Below are positions 59,015 through 64,000 of a stretch of DNA of 64,000 nucleotides, piece after piece; positions within the stretch are counted from its first letter, which is position 1, and each line of letters starts with the position of its first letter. Source of the DNA: Paraspadella gotoi (lineage: Eukaryota; Animalia; Chaetognatha). The stretch is taken from assembly GCA_051294375.1 (NCBI GenBank), contig CM119264.1:13722813-13786812 (forward strand), read 5' to 3'. The position numbers were made by a program, and so were the translations under genes. The notes under the pieces are model-generated. The model searched no databases, was not told the origin of the DNA, and saw only the letters and a list, made by a program, of their open reading frames with translations.

Positions 59015-61743
59015 TGTGACATCGAAGACTTAGCAAAAGAATCTAATGAATTTTTTTTTTCATATTGATCAGCCTATCATATATAAATTTTAGTTACGGG
59101 GACAAAAAACAAATAAAGTAAATTATAATACCCAAAGATACTTTTAAAGTTGAATGGAAGAAAAGGTGTGACGAAAAAGCGTCTTACGAAAGTATTTGAA
59201 AAAAAAATACTAATGTTTGATTTGGAAGGAAATTTACTTACGTTTTAGTCGTTCGTTTCATCGACACCCGACTTTCAATGCCGCGGCAGATGCAGTCTCG
59301 GGTGCAGCTTCCAACGCTGCTTTTTTCCTGCTGTTTGCAATCTCAGGTGCCAAGAGTTTTTGGAAAAAAACAAAGCTCGATCAACACCTTTTTCCCTTTC
59401 TGTCGAAGGACCGAAATTACGATTTTAACTTCCGAATTGCTTTTTTTTAATTGCTTCTTTTTTAATTTAAAAACAAATTATATTTCGTACTAATTTACGT
59501 CCTTCTTTCGTCATTTCTAAACCTATAAAATCGCTCGAGGTGAACTTTTAAACTTTAATGATTTATTACCTAGAAATAACTAATAAAACGATTATCTGAT
59601 CTTCGTTGATACTCAAGACGCCGAACGCCCAACCGTGTTTTTGTAATTTTTTTTATTATATAAAAGGAAACAGTCCACTGATCCGGGGTCGATCAAATCT
59701 CCCATACTTGGTCAACACTCTTTTTCTGATACAATTAATCTTTTCCGTAAATCACCGTAATTAAAATTTCTCCAGTTTTACCGCCATTGGATTAAGTGTC
59801 CGCACGACTAAACAGCTGACGTCATTATTTTTTGTTGCGGTTTTTTTAAATCAAAGAATAACGCTTTGTTGTGACTCTTGGACTAAAGCGAAATCTGTTA
59901 TTTCGGCTCAAAAAACACTTTATAAAAAAATATGAGTTTTACAACAATTCTACTTTTTTTTACGTTTAGTTTGTAAAATATGTCACATAGTTTAATCCCT
60001 TTAATTTTCAATTTTTGCACGAGTTTTGGTTAATTTGGTAAATGATTCTTAAAAACTAATTTCGCTTTTTTTTAAGTTAAATATTTTACAACCGATCGTT
60101 TCCCCAAATAAAAACACTTAAAACGCGTCCTTCATTTTGTCCTTGACGTCGTCACCCTCCAGACCCAAGTTTCTGATTCAACCCCAAACGCCCTTTCCTA
60201 ATCACAATTTAACCTACTTTTGAAAAAAAAGATTTGATCAGGAAAACAAATTAAAAATTTATTTGAGATGATTCTCCTCAGCATTAAAACACTTATTACT
60301 GGTTTTCAGAATATAAAGCATATCTATATCAAATTTTTGTTTAAAAAATCCGTTACGGATTTAGTATTGAAATCCAAAAAGGAACTTGTAAGTACGCAGT
60401 TACTTCTCACTACCCATCAATTAACTATATCATATTTTGAGCCCAAACCACCTGACTTAAAGTGCGACAGCTTGCCAAACTTTTTTTTTTCTGTGGAGAC
60501 TACGACGACGACGACGACGAAGACGACGACGACGAAGACACGGATCTTTGTTTACATCCTCCCCCTACTCTTCCTCATCGGCTGCTCCTTTCCCTCCCGC
60601 TCCTCCTCCTCTTCTATCTCCTCCCCCTCCTCCTTTCTACTCCTCCTTCCCCCTCCTCCTCATTCTTGTATCTCTTTCTCTCGTGGCGATTCGGTCTTCT
60701 GTTCGACCGAGATTCCAGATCCGCCCCCCGAAAGGGGGAAAAAAAAGAAAGAAAAAAAAAAAAAAAACAAACGACGGGATAAAAATGAAGAGAAATAAAA
60801 GAAAGAAACGAATAAAAGAAATAAATTAAAAATTTCTAAATTTATCCAGAAAAAAAAACTTTCAAAATTTACTTATTTGTATTAAGAAATTTTAATATAT
60901 TTTCATTTTAAAAGTGAAAATCCTTTAAAAAAGTGAAAATCCGGTTGACTCGAATGGGACTTTGGAGGCGGCGTTCTTAATTTTGTCGACATCTTTAAGA
61001 GATTCACTTTCTTCACAATTCACGAGCAAAGGGTATTTTTGGCTCAATGATCAGATTTTCAAACTGTGAGTTTATCTTAAAATTATGCTTTCGAATGAAA
61101 AGGTAGATTTTAAGTCTCTATCGCTTCTATCCACTTTTTAAGTTTTTGATTTGTGATTTTGAGATGAGACAACATCATTCATCAGAGAAAGCAATTTTAG
61201 GCTGTTTGTTGCTTGTTGCCCATTTAATGTTATGCTATTTAAATATTTGTTATTTTATGAAACTTGTTTTATTTCAGGATCCTGTTCACCGAGTGTTCAG
61301 TGAGGATAAAAAATTTACATCCTTTTTATATTTATCTAGCGACAATAAGAAATCAACATAATACAATATAAAAAGCCAAGACATCAGCGAAATGTTTAAA
61401 TAATTTACTCTCGACCGCTTTTTAGTTTTTTCAAAGTTAATTTTTCCGATGAGAATTTTCCGTCGTCATCGCGTGTGGCTTCTAAAAAATCTTTTTCCCC
61501 CGAAGTTTTTTTTAAAATAGATTTTATTTTATCGTTATTTTTATTTCATTCCTTCTTTCAGCTTTGTTTTAAATTATCATAAATAGCCCGTGGTCTATAA
61601 ACCGAAGATATAAAAAGATATGAGTGAAAAAAAAATTCTTATCACCAGAAAAAGCTCAAGAAGAAAATCCAAAAATTCGACCAAATCCAGATGTAGATTT
61701 TTGTTACTTATTACAATCATCCTCAATTGTTGTTCTCCCGCAG

Positions 61744-62929
61744 CTGCCAGCGCCGATCACCGCCAAACACCGCCGCTCACTGCTCATCAACGGGGGAGAC
61801 GTCCCTCCGACTCTACCGTCCAAAATCGCCCGGCCCACCCCTCATCCATCCGCCACCTCGAACAATCGGTCTAATCAGCCTCCAAGTCTTCCGCCTCGAT
61901 CCTCGTCCAACTTTCCTTCCAGGCGCCAAAAAAGAAAAAAAAATGACTTTCGATCCGATTTTGCGCCAACAACTTTTGCCGGATTCTCTGCCGACTTTGG
62001 ATCTTTCGCCGACGGGGTCCGACCCTCCGTCCCCGCGGAACCACGACCCTCTTTTGCCCCCCGAATCGCCCCTGAGATCTTCGCGAAGGTCGCCCAGGAC
62101 GGCCTACGATCCGCTCTTGCCTCCCAGTTCGCCGCTCAGGTCTCCACGACGGTCTCCTCGATCGCCTTCGGACCCTCTTCTCCTCCCGTCCAATCTCGAG
62201 GCGGACTGTCCCCTTCTCCTCCTCCCTCCACCCTCCTCCTCTTCCTCCTCTTCCTCTTCCTCCGCTTTCGTCCGGACTTCGTACAAGAAACTCTTCCGCG
62301 TCAAACCCCCGCCCTCTTTTTCTTTTGGCAAAAAGAAACAAACGAACAAACAAACGTTGATCGGAGGGAAGAACGGACAAACGAACGGAATAAAGAACGG
62401 AGTGACGAACGGATTAACGAACGGATTAACGAATGAAAAGGCGAACAATGTCGTCGAAAGAACCAAAACCGGAACTTCAGTCAAAAACGGAGAACTGGAC
62501 GAAGCCCGCGGAAAGGAACGACCGGAAGTGACGCCGAGAACGCCACTCGTTGAGGAGGCGCGAAAATGTCGCTCCGCCGCGTCGTTGTCTGCGGCGGCGG
62601 CTGCGTCGGCGGCTGCGAAGGCGTCTCCCATCAAATCTTCGGCGTCCTTCGTCTCCCACGTTCCGCCAGAGTTTCTCCACATCGATTTTTCAAAACAAAC
62701 AACGAGCGAGATTTGTAAACAAATAAAGGCCAAAGGGGCGGAAGGAGATGACGAGGGAAAAGGGGGAAAAGGGGAAGCAGCTCGAAAAAAGGACGTTTTG
62801 TTTGAAATGGGCGGCGATTCTTCGGGGGAAAAGTCATCCACCTCTAATTCCGCTCGCCCTCTCGCGAACGCCGATAAAACGAAACGAAAACAAAAGACAA
62901 AGGGAGAAAGGCATTCCATGTTTGTCGAG
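61744..62929 (+). CDS. Large S/P/K-rich disordered exon of a gene continuing beyond the window; partial re-read at ~54460-55602
   Basis: tctcccgcAG acceptor and gag|GTaagc donor; CpG-rich coding-like composition with PPTLPSK and PPSLPPR; at least one frameshift is needed and the correct frame is uncertain. Confidence 0.45.
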
Positions 62930-63471
62930 GTAAGCGGAAAGAGGGAGAGGTGGTGAGGGGAGAAGGGGTAAGGAGCAGAGCAGGGGGCAAGAGTTGAATT
63001 AGGAAGGGGAAGTTTTGTTTGCGCGTTCCTTTTCTTCCTTTTAATAAACTTTGGTTGCGAAGACGAAAACAAAATCTTGAACAAAGAGAAACTCATAAAC
63101 ATTGGATCGCCGACCTTAAGAGGTTGTTATTGTTTGGAATCCAAGCGGGTTTGGAATGTTTTGGACGTGATTTGAAAAAAAGATGAGGGACACAAATATT
63201 CCTTTTTTCTCTCCCTCACTCTCTTTCTCTGCCTCGTAATTTATAGAAAACATTATTTTTTATCATTTGATTAAATCTGCATAAAATTCTGAAATACATT
63301 TTTGTTGTGTTAACTTAAAATCCTAAGGATTGATATAAGGTCATCTTGAGTGAGTGCTCGCGTCTCTTGAACACATTTCCAAAGAATTAGGATCATCGTT
63401 TGATTCTTGAATGAAAATGTAAATTTGTACAAGAAAAATTTCGATGAGGAAAGAGGAGAGAGGAGAGAGAT

Positions 63472-63524
<53 letters not shown>

Positions 63525-64000
63525 ATAAAGTTTTTATCCGTTAAAATCGTCTAGGTATCTTGGAAAAAAAAATCCCTCAAGGATTAACACGACAAATCCA
63601 TAAGGACTAACACGCCCACCAAGGACCACGACACAAACACAGAGACGCCACCTGATGATTTGCATATTACCAAGCAAACGCCCTCCCTTCCACTTTCAGT
63701 TTACAATCGGTACTCCTTCGAGGCGACGTTACTGTTCTCTTTAACGCTTTCCTTTTGTTTAAACTCTTTTCACTTTTGTTGACAAGACTTTTTTCTTCTC
63801 TTATACAAATCGATTAGTCATTGTCGTCGTCGTCATCGTCGTTTGATCTCGCTCCCTTCGTATGTCATTAATGAATTTTGAAATCCCCAATTTTTGTAAA
63901 AATTCTGTTTTTTTTTCTGGATGAGTTTTACTATAAAACAAAATATTTTTCTTTTGGGTGATATAAAACTTTGTGGCCAAACGGTATCGCCTACTTTCGT

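Larger units (their letters stand above)
47909..62855. repeat. Apparent ~7.5-kb direct duplication across a 25-N gap (47909-55602 and 55652-62855); probably two haplotypes
   Basis: Copy 1 ends at the gap with ccacctctaattccgctc, which copy 2 continues at 62855. Copies differ by many small indels plus two large structural differences. Confidence 0.85.

Overview
Eukaryotic (invertebrate-type metazoan, by inference) genomic DNA with AT-rich introns, CpG-rich exons, dense (AG)n/(AAT)n/(GAC)n microsatellites and GT-AG introns. Three gaps of exactly 25 N (21310-21334, 26219-26243, 55603-55627) are each flanked by a noisy re-read of adjacent sequence, so the 'tandem duplications' are most likely overlapping contig ends or haplotypes. 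Main content: (1) a 1012-codon low-complexity ORF at 7-3045; (2) a hand-reconstructed ~28-exon plus-strand gene (3903/7285-39191, ~10 kb CDS, ~3,300 aa, almost all disordered) with two LMO7/LIMCH1-like 'DD[MF]xYR' motifs; (3) an intronless 2'-5'-oligoadenylate synthetase (OAS)-like nucleotidyltransferase at 47480-48979 with an intact catalytic signature and an unrecognised C-terminal extension, lying 265 bp downstream of a TTAA-flanked MITE; (4) a second copy or allele of this gene disrupted by a 675-bp insertion with an 8-bp target-site duplication; (5) a tRNA-derived SINE, a dispersed ~190-bp repeat family including an inverted pair, and part of another disordered-protein gene at the right end. 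No rRNA, functional tRNA, CRISPR array or autonomous transposase was recognised.
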